Shown: positions 9,634 to 18,319, numbered from the stretch's first letter. The stretch is 64,000 nt of DNA from Bacillota bacterium (GCA_040753155.1 JBFMEU010000003.1:5045-69044), one strand, 5' to 3'. Numbers and translations: made by a program. Notes: a model not told the origin generated them from the letters alone.

Positions 9634-9695
9634 CTAGTGACCCTTTAAAAACTGGGGCTTGTCCACATACACGCATCTTTGGATAACTGATGTTT

Positions 9696-10013
9696 TTATA
9701 AAGGCTTACCTTTTGAAATGATTTCATCATAAAGAAACTGGCCTTGTTTAACATTTTTATATTCGTCCAGGGAATAGGGCCTTGGAGAAATATCCAGGTC
9801 AATATCTTCACTAATTTCTTTGAGCAATATTGCTTCTTCCAGGTAATCCCGGCCAAAGTCAGGGGAAATGATAGCAATATCAATGTCGCTGTCTTCAGTT
9901 ACAGTCCCTTTGGCGCAGGATCCAAACAGGATGGCCTTCTCAACACGAATGTTTCTATTCCTCAGGGCCTGTATGTACTTACTCACGATTACTTCAACAT
10001 ACCTTTTAGCCAT
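9696..10013 (-). CDS. minimal nucleotidyltransferase (MNT-type, antitoxin-like)
   Basis: Motif LFGSCAKG-x8-SDIDIAI (GS-x10-DxD). AAGGAGG lies 7 nt upstream of the ATG at 10013. The ORF-track start at 10067 is an over-extension. Confidence 0.85.
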   Translation of the reverse strand: MAKRYVEVIVSKYIQALRNRNIRVEKAILFGSCAKGTVTEDSDIDIAIISPDFGRDYLEEAILLKEISEDIDLDISPRPYSLDEYKNVKQGQFLYDEIISKGKPL

Positions 10014-10390
10014 ATCACAGCCTCCTTTGACCGCTCTAATATCTCCTTTGTATGCTCCTGGTTGCACTTGGCCTCCAGGTCAGCCCGCTTGTCTGGATAT
10101 CTGGTTTCGATATAGTATAGCGAAAGGCGGCGCAGTAAGTCCTTCGTATCTTTTGCACACTGGTCAAGGATGCCGGCACTGCCTGCCAGCGAAATTAAAT
10201 CATGCTTTTTTGGTGGAGTCATACCGGTATTTTCGTAGTGCACAGCTTTTATAGCTTTCTCTACCGCCTGTTGACACATAAACATTGACCATAAAAACCT
10301 TTTTCCTATGAAACAATGCTCAGCGGCCTCCAAATCATCATCGGCAATGTCCATCCACACAGATGATTGAGCCCTCATGACTGCGCCCAC
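9989..10390 (-). CDS. HEPN-domain protein (toxin-like partner of the MNT)
   Basis: 133 aa. HEPN-type helices with A.EKAIKA, then YYIETRYPD. The 3' end overlaps the MNT start by 25 nt. Confidence 0.8.
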   Translation of the reverse strand: MGAVMRAQSSVWMDIADDDLEAAEHCFIGKRFLWSMFMCQQAVEKAIKAVHYENTGMTPPKKHDLISLAGSAGILDQCAKDTKDLLRRLSLYYIETRYPDKRADLEAKCNQEHTKEILERSKEAVIWLKGMLK

Positions 10391-10715
10391 ATCCTTCCAT
10401 ACTTTACCTGATTGCTGTTAAAAAGATAAACCTGACGTTTAAAATGAAAAATGCATCCGTGAGTAATGTACAAATTATACTTCTAATTCTATCCGCATTG
10501 AATTAAAGAGTCAAAAAATAACTAAAGAGCCTTAATCCCAGCCATTGAATTAAGATGTTTGATAAAGGCATCAGCTTGCTCTATTAATGCAGGTGGATTT
10601 GTTCCAAAAGGTGGTTTAGAACTCTCCCTGCACGGTGACAGTGGTTAAATGAGGAGCTATAATGATGATAGGGAGTATCAGCGTGGGCATTGGCCAGGTA
10701 TTATATCTACGCCCT

Positions 10716-10742
10716 TTGAACGAGACTTCATTCAGAGGGGGG
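10716..10742 (+). repeat. Family A fragment (5' 27 nt only), copy A3
   Basis: TTGAACGAGACTTCATTCAGAGGGGGG matches the A consensus and then diverges. Confidence 0.7.
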
Positions 10743-10910
10743 TAATATCCGAGATACTCTCCCGGCTCTGGATAATCCAGTTGTTCAAGATTTTTTACAG
10801 GATGTCATTAGCTATATTGAGGTAGCCGATGGCAAAGTAACAAAGATTGCCTTCAATTCTTCCCAGGGAGAAGTTATTCACAGGTTCGTTTACAAGTGAT
10901 TTAAAAAGCA

Positions 10911-10939
10911 TTGACACGTATATAAATACGTGTTATTAT
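10911..10939 (+). promoter_or_regulatory. sigma-A-type promoter of hicAB with an embedded palindromic operator candidate
   Basis: TTGACA (10911-10916), 17 nt, TATTAT (10934-10939). The spacer is the perfect inverted repeat ACACGTAT-ATAA-ATACGTGT (10914-10933). Confidence 0.5.
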
Positions 10940-10962
10940 ACTGTCATGAGAGGGGAAAAGTA

Positions 10963-11160
10963 TTGAAAAGTTACTCGTCCAGAGAAATAATACAAATTAT
11001 AACAAGAGATGGATGGTATCACGTCGAAACAGTTGGTGACCATCACCATTTCAAGCATCCAACTAAAAAAGGCAAGGTTACAGTAACCCACCCGATCAAA
11101 GATATACCCATAAAAACAGTAAAAAGCATATTCAAACAGGAGGGGATTACCCTAAAATAA
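10963..11160 (+). CDS. hicA: HicA mRNA-interferase toxin
   Basis: KSYSSREIIQIITRDGWYHVETVGDHHHFKHP..VTVTHP.KDI matches the HicA/YcfA pattern. A TTG start at 10963 lies 7 nt after GAGAGGGG. The ORF-track GTG at 10930 lies inside the promoter. Confidence 0.85.
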   Translation: MKSYSSREIIQIITRDGWYHVETVGDHHHFKHPTKKGKVTVTHPIKDIPIKTVKSIFKQEGITLK

Positions 11161-11191
11161 TTCCCGCCCAACAGTGAAAGGAGATTTAAAG

Positions 11192-11602
11192 ATGTTTAAA
11201 GACAGGTATATTTTCCCCGCGGTCTTTGACTATGCCGATGACGGTATATCAATTGAGTTTCCGGACCTGCCCGGTTGCTTACCCTGTGCCCACACTACAG
11301 AAGAGGCCTTTAAAAATGCCAGGGAAGCTATCGGCTTACATCTCTACAGCATGGAAAAAGATAAAGATAAAATACCTGAACCAACACCTGTAGAAAAAAT
11401 TCTTTTGGAACCAACCCAAGTCGTTGTTCTCGTTGAAGTTTGGATGCCTCTCATTAGAGATGCAATCGAAAACAGAGCAGTTAAGAAAACTCTTACTATA
11501 CCTAAGTGGCTTAATGACCTGGCCGAAGAAAAGCGCGTGAATTTCTCACACATTCTCCAAGAAGCCTTAAAAAACCATCTTGGCGTAAATGCTTTTAAAT
11601 AG
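11192..11602 (+). CDS. hicB: HicB antitoxin (RNase-H-like N-domain plus C-terminal RHH-like DNA-binding tail)
   Basis: FPAVFDYADDGISIEFPDLPGC is typical of HicB. The ATG at 11192 is preceded by AAAGGAG. Confidence 0.85.
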   Translation: MFKDRYIFPAVFDYADDGISIEFPDLPGCLPCAHTTEEAFKNAREAIGLHLYSMEKDKDKIPEPTPVEKILLEPTQVVVLVEVWMPLIRDAIENRAVKKTLTIPKWLNDLAEEKRVNFSHILQEALKNHLGVNAFK

Positions 11603-11645
11603 GAGAAACAAATTAACCCCCTCCGACATAGCTGACATAAAAAAA

Positions 11646-11682
11646 CTGCACCGCAGTATCAATTACTACGGTGCAGTTTTTT

Positions 11683-11683
<1 letters not shown>
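11646..11683 (+). terminator. bidirectional rho-independent terminator (ends hicAB on + and the tRNA operon on -)
   Basis: CTGCACCG-15nt-CGGTGCAG, flanked by A7 (11639-11645) and T7 (11677-11683). Confidence 0.7.
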
Positions 11684-11758
<75 letters not shown>

Positions 11759-11761
11759 TTA

Positions 11762-11837
11762 TGGTGACCCCTACGGGATTCGAACCCGTGTTACCGCCGT
11801 GAAAGGGCGGTGTCTTAGACCGCTTGACCAAGGGGCC
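11762..11837 (-). tRNA. tRNA-Glu (anticodon TTC), CCA encoded
   Basis: Reverse complement GGCCCCTTGGTCAAGCGGTCTAAGACACCGCCCTTTCACGGCGG...GGGGTCACCA. The anticodon loop is CTTTCAC. Confidence 0.95.
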
Positions 11838-11949
11838 TCTTATTAGAGGTTGGAGATTTGAGATTGGAAGTTGGATTTTTTATTGGAATTCGCCAGGGCG
11901 AATTCCTTCTAATCTAACCTCTAGCTTCCAACTTCAAACTTCCAGTGAG

Positions 11950-12024
11950 TGGTGGGCCCACCAGGATTCGAACCTGGAGCCAGCCGGTTATGAGCCGGAT
12001 GCTCTACCGTTGAGCTATGGGCCC
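11950..12024 (-). tRNA. tRNA with CAT anticodon (elongator Met, or possibly the Ile2/lysidine type), CCA encoded
   Basis: Reverse complement GGGCCCATAGCTCAACGGTAGAGCATCCGGCTCATAACCGGC...TGGGCCCACCA. The anticodon loop is CTCATAA. It lacks the three G-C pairs typical of initiator tRNA. Confidence 0.9.
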
Positions 12025-12028
12025 ATAT

Positions 12029-12103
12029 TGGCTCCTCGAGTAGGATTCGAACCTACAACCTACCGGTTAACAGCCGGTTGCTCTACCGTTGAGCTATCGA
12101 GGA
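12029..12103 (-). tRNA. tRNA-Asn (anticodon GTT), CCA encoded
   Basis: Reverse complement TCCTCGATAGCTCAACGGTAGAGCAACCGGCTGTTAACCGGTAGGTTGTAGGTTCGAATCCTACTCGAGGAGCCA. Confidence 0.95.
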
Positions 12104-12117
12104 GCGATGCAAGATTT

Positions 12118-12146
12118 ATTATACACAATCAACATGTACTGGTCAA
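12118..12146 (-). promoter_or_regulatory. strong sigma-A promoter of the tRNA operon
   Basis: On the minus strand: TTGACC (12146-12141), 17 nt, TATAAT (12123-12118), about 15 nt upstream of the tRNA-Asn 5' end. Confidence 0.7.
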
Positions 12147-12202
12147 GGGTTTTACATCGAACAATTTGTACCAGTTAAAAATCTCGTTCAACCAGCCCGG
12201 CA

Positions 12203-12332
12203 TTTATCTTCGCACAGCCTGTAAACTCGAAATAAGTGCGACCAAGGTTTAGCGGTCAGGGGACACATCTCCTTCGGAGGAATGTCCCCAACGTATGGGT
12301 TAAAACCCCACCTGAACCTTGGTCTTCTTTAT
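12203..12332 (+). repeat. Family B structured repeat, copy B2 (minimal 130-nt form)
   Basis: Layout is TTTAT-CTTCGCACAGCCTGTAA..GTGCGA..ACCAAGGTT[..GGGGACA-cATCTCC-TTC-GGAGGAa-TGTCCCC..]AACCTTGGT-CTTC-TTTAT, with nested stems visible by eye. Confidence 0.85.
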
Positions 12333-12357
12333 TATAACAGAAATGACTAAATTGAAC

Positions 12358-12383
12358 ACCCGGTGTTTTTGGATACACCGGGT
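12358..12383 (-). terminator. hairpin just downstream of sigA (possible terminator, weak U-tract)
   Basis: ACCCGGTGT-8nt-ACACCGGGT. Confidence 0.35.
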
Positions 12384-12389
12384 TGCTAC

Positions 12390-13481
12390 TTACTCAAGAT
12401 AATCTTTCAGCTTTTTACTGCGACTGGGGTGGCGCAGCTTGCGCAGTGTTTTGGCCTCTATTTGCCTGATGCGCTCCCTGGTAACACCAAAGCGCTGGCC
12501 CACTTCTTCCAGGGTCCGGGCCCGGCCGTCATCCAGCCCGAAACGCAGCCGTAAAACCTTCTGCTCCCTGTCCGTCAGGGTTTTCAGGACTTCATCCAGC
12601 TGTTCCCGCAGCAGGGTAAATGATGCTTCCTCCGCCGGGGCCCTGGCGTCATGGTCTTCAATGAAATCCCCCAGGTGCGAATCTTCTTCCTCACCAATGG
12701 GAGTCTCCAGGGAAACCGGTTCCTGGGCAATTTTCATTATTTCCCGCACCTTTTCCTCGGAAATGCCCATTTCCTTGGCAATTTCCTCGGGCATCGGGTC
12801 GCGGCCCAGTTCCTGTAACAGCTGCCGGCTGATCCGAATCAGCTTGTTGATGGTTTCCACCATGTGCACCGGAATCCTAATCGTCCTGGCCTGATCGGCA
12901 ATGGCCCTGGTAATGGCCTGCCTGATCCACCAGGTGGCGTAGGTGCTGAATTTATAGCCCTTACGGTAATCAAATTTTTCAACTGCCTTAATCAGGCCCA
13001 GGTTGCCTTCCTGAATCAGGTCAAGGAACAACATGCCCCGCCCCACGTACCTTTTAGCTATACTTACCACCAGGCGCAGGTTGGCCTCGGCCAGACGGCG
13101 CTTGGCCTCCTCATCGCCATCTTCCATTCTCTTGGCCAGTTCCACTTCATTCTCGGAGGTCAACAAGGGCACGCGGCCAATTTCTTTCAGGTACATCCGC
13201 ACCGGATCATCAATGCCTACACCCTCGGGAACTGTCAGGTCCACTTCTACTTCATCAGGGCCCGGTTCCATCGCATTTCCATCCAGGGAATCCAAATCAG
13301 GGGTTTCGGCAACCACCTCGATGCCCATGCCGGCCAGTTTTTCGTAGATATCATCAATTTGCTCCGGAGTGATCTCTGTTCCCTGCAAAGAATCCATAAT
13401 CTCGTTATAAGACAACACACCATTTTTTTTGCCCTTTTCAATTAAATCCTTCACATTTTCCAACCTGGGGTCTTCCCTCAT
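12390..13481 (-). CDS. sigA: primary RNA polymerase sigma factor (sigma-A/RpoD)
   Basis: 363 aa. Region 2-4 motifs are present: [33 protein letters not shown]. Confidence 0.97.
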   Translation of the reverse strand: MREDPRLENVKDLIEKGKKNGVLSYNEIMDSLQGTEITPEQIDDIYEKLAGMGIEVVAETPDLDSLDGNAMEPGPDEVEVDLTVPEGVGIDDPVRMYLKEIGRVPLLTSENEVELAKRMEDGDEEAKRRLAEANLRLVVSIAKRYVGRGMLFLDLIQEGNLGLIKAVEKFDYRKGYKFSTYATWWIRQAITRAIADQARTIRIPVHMVETINKLIRISRQLLQELGRDPMPEEIAKEMGISEEKVREIMKIAQEPVSLETPIGEEEDSHLGDFIEDHDARAPAEEASFTLLREQLDEVLKTLTDREQKVLRLRFGLDDGRARTLEEVGQRFGVTRERIRQIEAKTLRKLRHPSRSKKLKDYLE

Positions 13482-13521
13482 ATCGCTATCCCCCTCTCAA
13501 TAAGGGTAGTAATATTCCACA

Positions 13522-15297
13522 TTAATAGGTTTGCTGAAGCAGACGCTGCAACTTATAGACCAGGTCCCAGTCACCGGCTCTCTCAGCCTCAGCAAGCTGG
13601 TTCATCAATTCCTCCCGGCTGTCCTTTCTTTGCCAATTCATAATGGTGTTCATGTAGCCGGTGAGTATTTCAACGGGGTTATCCCCGGGAATTGTCTCCG
13701 TCAGCACGGAGGTTAACAACTGCTGGTCTTCTTCACTTAGGTGGTGGTATAGATCGTCAAGTCTTTCCTGCTGCTGCTCCATCTTATTCAGTAACAGCTT
13801 AAAAATCCTATTGCAGCCCGGATATTTAAAAAACCCCGGGCCCAGTTTCCTTTGAACAGCTTCTGCCAGGTCAGGGTTTTCCATGATCAGGTGAAGCAGG
13901 CCCCTTTCAGCCTTGAACCTGGGATCGGCATCCCCCCGGTTAACAAATATATTATGCATACTTTTAACAGTATTATCCGGATTTGGCCAATTTTTTCGAT
14001 TTTTTATTAAAAATCTCTTTAATTCTCCGGCAACTGCATTCCAGGTAGTATGCAGGCGTGAGGCCACCAACTGGATGGCGTCCACCCGCTCAACCTCATC
14101 AGTAATTAAGGCCAGGTTGGGCAGTACCGCATCCAGGATGGCTGACTTGCCCCCGGCGGATGAATCAGGTCGCAGGGCCGCCTGCCTTATTTTAAACTCC
14201 AAAAGCTGCTCTGCGTTATTAAGCAGGGTTTGCCACCCTTCAGGGCCATTGTTTCTGATGAAATCATCAGGGTCCTCGCCCGGCGGAATATTAACCACCT
14301 TTACCCGGCAGCCCAATTCCTGCAGCAGATCAAGGCCCCTGACTGTTGCCGCCACCCCGGCCGTATCGGCATCATAGGCGATGAACACATTTTTGGTGAA
14401 TTTAAGCAGCAGCCGGCCCTGATCCCGGGTAAGGCTGGTTCCCAGCGAGGCCACGGCATTGTTGATCCCGCAGCGGTGGGCCGTGATTACATCCAGGTAC
14501 CCCTCCATTACAACGGCGCAACCCTTTTCCAGGATGCCCCGCTTTGCCAGGTCCAGGCCGAACAGCACGCGGCTCTTATTGAAAACAGAGGTTTCCGGGG
14601 AGTTTAGGTATTTCGGATGACTGCTGTCCAGCACCCGTCCCCCGAAACCGACCACCCGCCCCCGTTCATCCCGAATGGGAAACATAATCCTGCCCCGAAA
14701 CCGGTCGTAAACTCTTTTATCACCGTCCGATACCAGGCCTGCCTCCACCAGTTCCCGGGCCTTGTAGCCTCTGGTCCCGAGGTGCTTGAGCAAGCCGTCC
14801 CAGCTGTTGGGCGCATAACCAAGACTGAAAGTATCCTTTACTGCGGAACTGATTCCCCTTCGGGTTAGATAATTACCGGCCTCGGGGTAATTCTCCAGGC
14901 AACGCTGAAAATAAGCGACCGCCTCGGCGTTAATCTCCCTGGCCCTGCTCTCCTGCCGCACCCTTGCTTCCTGGCGGCCTGCAGATTCCGGAATACTTAT
15001 TCCGGCCCTTTCCGCCAGCGCGCGCACCGCCTCGGGAAATTCAAGATTATCCCGCAACATCAGAAACTTAAAGATATTACCGCCGGCATGACAGCCAAAG
15101 CAATAGAAAATCTGCTTTTCCGGGCTAACGGTGAAGGATGGATCCTTATCCTGATGAAAGGGGCAGTTTCCTATATAGTTTCTGCCCTTTTTCTCAAGGC
15201 GTACAGACTCTGAGATTATTTCGAGGATATCTATCTTGAAGCGGACAACCTCAATTAATTCTTCCGGAATGAACCCCCCCATCTGGATCACCTTCAA
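13522..15297 (-). CDS. dnaG: DNA primase
   Basis: 591 aa. Zinc ribbon CPFHQDKDPSF..CFGC and a TOPRIM domain EGYLDV. Sits in the classical dnaG-sigA pair. Confidence 0.97.
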   Translation of the reverse strand: MKVIQMGGFIPEELIEVVRFKIDILEIISESVRLEKKGRNYIGNCPFHQDKDPSFTVSPEKQIFYCFGCHAGGNIFKFLMLRDNLEFPEAVRALAERAGISIPESAGRQEARVRQESRAREINAEAVAYFQRCLENYPEAGNYLTRRGISSAVKDTFSLGYAPNSWDGLLKHLGTRGYKARELVEAGLVSDGDKRVYDRFRGRIMFPIRDERGRVVGFGGRVLDSSHPKYLNSPETSVFNKSRVLFGLDLAKRGILEKGCAVVMEGYLDVITAHRCGINNAVASLGTSLTRDQGRLLLKFTKNVFIAYDADTAGVAATVRGLDLLQELGCRVKVVNIPPGEDPDDFIRNNGPEGWQTLLNNAEQLLEFKIRQAALRPDSSAGGKSAILDAVLPNLALITDEVERVDAIQLVASRLHTTWNAVAGELKRFLIKNRKNWPNPDNTVKSMHNIFVNRGDADPRFKAERGLLHLIMENPDLAEAVQRKLGPGFFKYPGCNRIFKLLLNKMEQQQERLDDLYHHLSEEDQQLLTSVLTETIPGDNPVEILTGYMNTIMNWQRKDSREELMNQLAEAERAGDWDLVYKLQRLLQQTY

Positions 15298-15463
15298 TTT
15301 CAGTGCAACTATTGTTTACATTTTCTACAATTATTGCTGAATTCCTCTTTTGCAAATCTGTTTTTTATATGCGGCGGCTCGTTTTACATCTACTCGCTAT
15401 TGTCTATTCGCTATTGCTGATAATTATCCTCCCTTCATTCGACAACATTTTATTTCAGCCCTA

Positions 15464-15692
15464 TTTATCTTCGCACAGCCTGTAAGACCCCGCCCTCGCA
15501 TAAGGAAAGGGGACACACCTGCTGAAGCTTGGGTATTTCTCTGGGGACAGGAATGTCCCTAACTAATGGGATTAACAGGCTGTAAACTCGAAATAAGTGC
15601 TACTAAGGTTTAGCGGATAGGGGACACACCTCCTTCGGAGGAATGTCCCCAACGTATGGGTTAAAACCCCACCTGAACCAAGTCTTCTTTAT
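15464..15692 (+). repeat. Family B structured repeat, copy B3 (carries a ~100-nt insert that is itself a degenerate B-core module)
   Basis: Same termini and core as B2. The insert follows CAGCCTGTAA, is closed by AGCCTGT../..ACAGGCT, and contains GGGGACACACCTG...GGAATGTCCC. Confidence 0.85.
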
Positions 15693-15723
15693 CATTGCCA
15701 TTATCTGTAAGCAATAAACCATT

Positions 15724-16728
15724 TCAGCCCTGGGTTGTAAAGGCCCGGGGTATAAAAAGGCGCTCAAACTGGGCAATGGCATAACGGTCGGTCATGCCGG
15801 CTATATAATCACTTACAGCCCGCTCCACCCCAATCCGCCCGGCCCGGCGCATGTGCTCCGGAGGCATCAGCCCGGGGTGCTCTTTCAGGTGCCGGAAAAG
15901 ATACTGCACTACGTGGCGGGCCTTTTGCTCCTCCCGCTTGGCCTCCGAACCAATGTAAACATGCCGGAAAAGATATTCGCGCAAATCATCAGTTGCCTGC
16001 TGCACCCCCGGGCTCATTCGAATTACCTCCTGCCCCTGGCTGGAGCGAATCAGGTCCATGATCATATTGTTAATGCGTTCCCGGTGCTCACGCCCCAGCA
16101 GGGCCAGACATTCCGCCGGCAGTTGCTCCAACTGGATAATACCGCCCCTTAAGGCATCATCAATATCATGGTTGATATAGGCCACCCGGTCGGCAATCTT
16201 AACCACCTGCCCCTCCAGGGTAACCGGCCTTACCGGGCCGGTGTGGTTAAGAATGCCGTCCCGCACCTCCCAGGTCAGATTCAGCCCGCCGGCGCCCTCA
16301 AGCTCGTCAACCACCCGCAGGCTTTGCCGGTTGTGCTTAAACCCGCCCGCCACCACCTCATTCAAGGCCTGCTCACCGGCATGGCCAAAGGGTGTATGAC
16401 CCAGGTCATGGCCCAGGGCAATGGCCTCGGTCAGGTCTTCGTTCAACCGCAGGGCCCTGGCTATGGTGCGGGCTATTTGGGCTACTTCCAGGGTATGAGT
16501 CAGCCGGGTGCGGTAGTGATCACCCTCGGGGATGATAAACACCTGGGTTTTGTGTTTTAGGCGCCGAAAGCTCTTGGAGTGAATAATCCTGTCCCGGTCC
16601 CTCTGAAAGGAGGTGCGCACAAGGCAGGGTTCCTCATACCTGGCCCTCCCCCGGCTGGAGGCGCTGCGGCAGGCCACAGGTAAAAGCCAGCGGTCTTCCA
16701 GCATTTCCGTGTTAAGGCGAAGGTCCAT
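15724..16728 (-). CDS. dgt: dGTP triphosphohydrolase-like HD-domain protein
   Basis: 334 aa. Motifs FRRLKHKTQVF..DHYRTRLTHTLEV..GHDLGHTPFGH. Confidence 0.9.
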   Translation of the reverse strand: MDLRLNTEMLEDRWLLPVACRSASSRGRARYEEPCLVRTSFQRDRDRIIHSKSFRRLKHKTQVFIIPEGDHYRTRLTHTLEVAQIARTIARALRLNEDLTEAIALGHDLGHTPFGHAGEQALNEVVAGGFKHNRQSLRVVDELEGAGGLNLTWEVRDGILNHTGPVRPVTLEGQVVKIADRVAYINHDIDDALRGGIIQLEQLPAECLALLGREHRERINNMIMDLIRSSQGQEVIRMSPGVQQATDDLREYLFRHVYIGSEAKREEQKARHVVQYLFRHLKEHPGLMPPEHMRRAGRIGVERAVSDYIAGMTDRYAIAQFERLFIPRAFTTQG

Positions 16729-16841
16729 AGACCTCGACTCCCTTCCCGGGTTGGTTAATTCTGGCTGAAGCAGGAACTATATTCGACAGCCATAAAGGCA
16801 AATCCTCCTGAACTCCTGACATTCATGCGGCACCAGATGGA

Positions 16842-16882
16842 CAAAAATACCCCCGGGGGTAACATGCCCGCCGGGGGTATTA
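16842..16882 (-). terminator. rho-independent terminator of the flavoprotein gene
   Basis: AATACCCCCGG-14nt-CCGGGGGTATT, followed on the minus strand by TTTTTG. Confidence 0.7.
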
Positions 16883-16898
16883 AGCATACCCAACCTGC

Positions 16899-17507
16899 CT
16901 AACCGCCGCGGTGTAGCCGCAGGGCCGCCGTTGCCCCGGCCACCTCTAAAACCCTTCTGGCCAGAATACGGCTGCGTTTCAGAGCATCCGCATCCTCCAA
17001 GGCCGGTTGCTGGGAACAGACGCCCTGATGGCCGGCGTCGTCGGCTGCGAACCCGTCACCAACCACTGTCATTCCCTGGCATAGCATCATGTCATGGATT
17101 GCCCGCAGGGTGGTTTCCTGCCCACCAAAACGTGCCCCGCCCACGGCCAGGGCGCCCCCCACCACATTAACCAGCGCCTTGTCTTTGCGCAAGACCCTGG
17201 TCATATCCCACAAGATCTTGAGTTGGGCCGACACAGTGCTGAAATAAACAGGGCTTCCCACCAGGAGCCCGTCAGCCCTGCGGAAGAGATCAAAAACTCC
17301 CGCCAGGGGTGTGTCCGCATAGCACTTCCCACCGCAGGGATTGGAGCAGGCCTGGCAGTACGGTGTTTTAAGATGGGTCAGCAACTCGGAAACCTGTATA
17401 AAAACCCCGTCGGCGCCGGCGCCCTGCACTTCCGCCAGGGCCTCCCGCAGTATAACGGAAGTACTGCCATCTTTCCGGGGACTTCCGTTAATGGCAAGGA
17501 TCAACAT
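16899..17507 (-). CDS. NADPH-dependent FMN reductase / iron-sulfur flavoprotein-like flavodoxin-fold protein
   Basis: 202 aa. N-terminal ILAINGSPRKDGST, a Cys cluster C-x2-C-x3-C-x3-C, and SPVYF. Confidence 0.7.
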   Translation of the reverse strand: MLILAINGSPRKDGSTSVILREALAEVQGAGADGVFIQVSELLTHLKTPYCQACSNPCGGKCYADTPLAGVFDLFRRADGLLVGSPVYFSTVSAQLKILWDMTRVLRKDKALVNVVGGALAVGGARFGGQETTLRAIHDMMLCQGMTVVGDGFAADDAGHQGVCSQQPALEDADALKRSRILARRVLEVAGATAALRLHRGG

Positions 17508-17609
17508 GACAATCCCTCATTTCAAATATTATGAGTGCTTATAATTCAAATCGTTTTGTCATCATTAGTAAAAAATATGTTCCAGCTTCATTTTTTAGAC
17601 CTAATCCGA

Positions 17610-18185
17610 TTATTTGAGGCCTATTTTATCTAAAACAGTATATACCGGCCCCTGGCTGGTCAGCTTGCTTTCCATCAGATCCAGCTCTTTTACCACCACC
17701 GGCCCCCAGGCTGTCCCGACGGCCAGCTGCCCGGCCAGCCCGGTTAATTCCTCCGTCCCCCTGACCGACCTGAACCGGGCCAGGGTTAAGTGGGGTAAAA
17801 AACGCTTGTCCTCCGGAGCAAAGCCCAGTGGTACCAGGCTGCCCTCAACTTGGCGGCGCAGTTTCTTCAGCTTGTCCAGATCACCGGTCAGGCCGGCCCA
17901 CATGACCCTGGGGCGGCTGGCCGCAGGGAAAAAGCCCAGTCCCTGTATGCTCAGACTAAACCGCTCTGCACCTGACGCCGCATCTTTTACCGCGGCAGTA
18001 AGCAGCGCAATCCGGTTGGCCGGCACATCACCCAAAAATTTTACCGTAAGGTGCAGGTTTTGCTCCTCCACCCACTTGACATCGGCCGGCACGGACCTGA
18101 GCCGGCTGATCATATCGCCCAGGTAGGCTCTGGCCGGGACCGGCAGGTTGATGGCCCAGAACAGGCGCAGATTGGTCATATACAT
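17610..18185 (-). CDS. thpR: RNA 2',3'-cyclic phosphodiesterase (2H family, LigT/ThpR)
   Basis: Two HxT motifs are present (HLTVKFLG and HLTLARF). Confidence 0.85.
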   Translation of the reverse strand: MYMTNLRLFWAINLPVPARAYLGDMISRLRSVPADVKWVEEQNLHLTVKFLGDVPANRIALLTAAVKDAASGAERFSLSIQGLGFFPAASRPRVMWAGLTGDLDKLKKLRRQVEGSLVPLGFAPEDKRFLPHLTLARFRSVRGTEELTGLAGQLAVGTAWGPVVVKELDLMESKLTSQGPVYTVLDKIGLK

Positions 18186-18319
18186 CCCCCGACGCTATAT
18201 TTCGCTATTTTATCTGAAAACTCCTTCAACACAAGCTAAATTATCACCATGTGCTAAGGGGGCAGATTATAATGGACCCATAAAATGAGACACGATTTGA
18301 CAGGGTGAAAGCGACACCT

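Noticed and set aside
10630-10900. Possible disrupted gene around the A3 fragment (MMIGSISVGIGQVLYLRP.. upstream and ..NIRDTLPALDNPVVQDFLQDVISYIEVADGKVTKIAFNSSQGEVIHRFVYK downstream).
   Set aside because: The two pieces are in different frames, no family could be recognised, and there is no evidence that they were ever one gene.
12182-12191. A 10-nt match (TCTCGTTCAA, complement TTGAACGAGA) to the Family A 5' end, next to B2.
   Set aside because: A 10-mer match is expected by chance at roughly the 0.1 level in 64 kb on both strands, which is not enough to call a relic.
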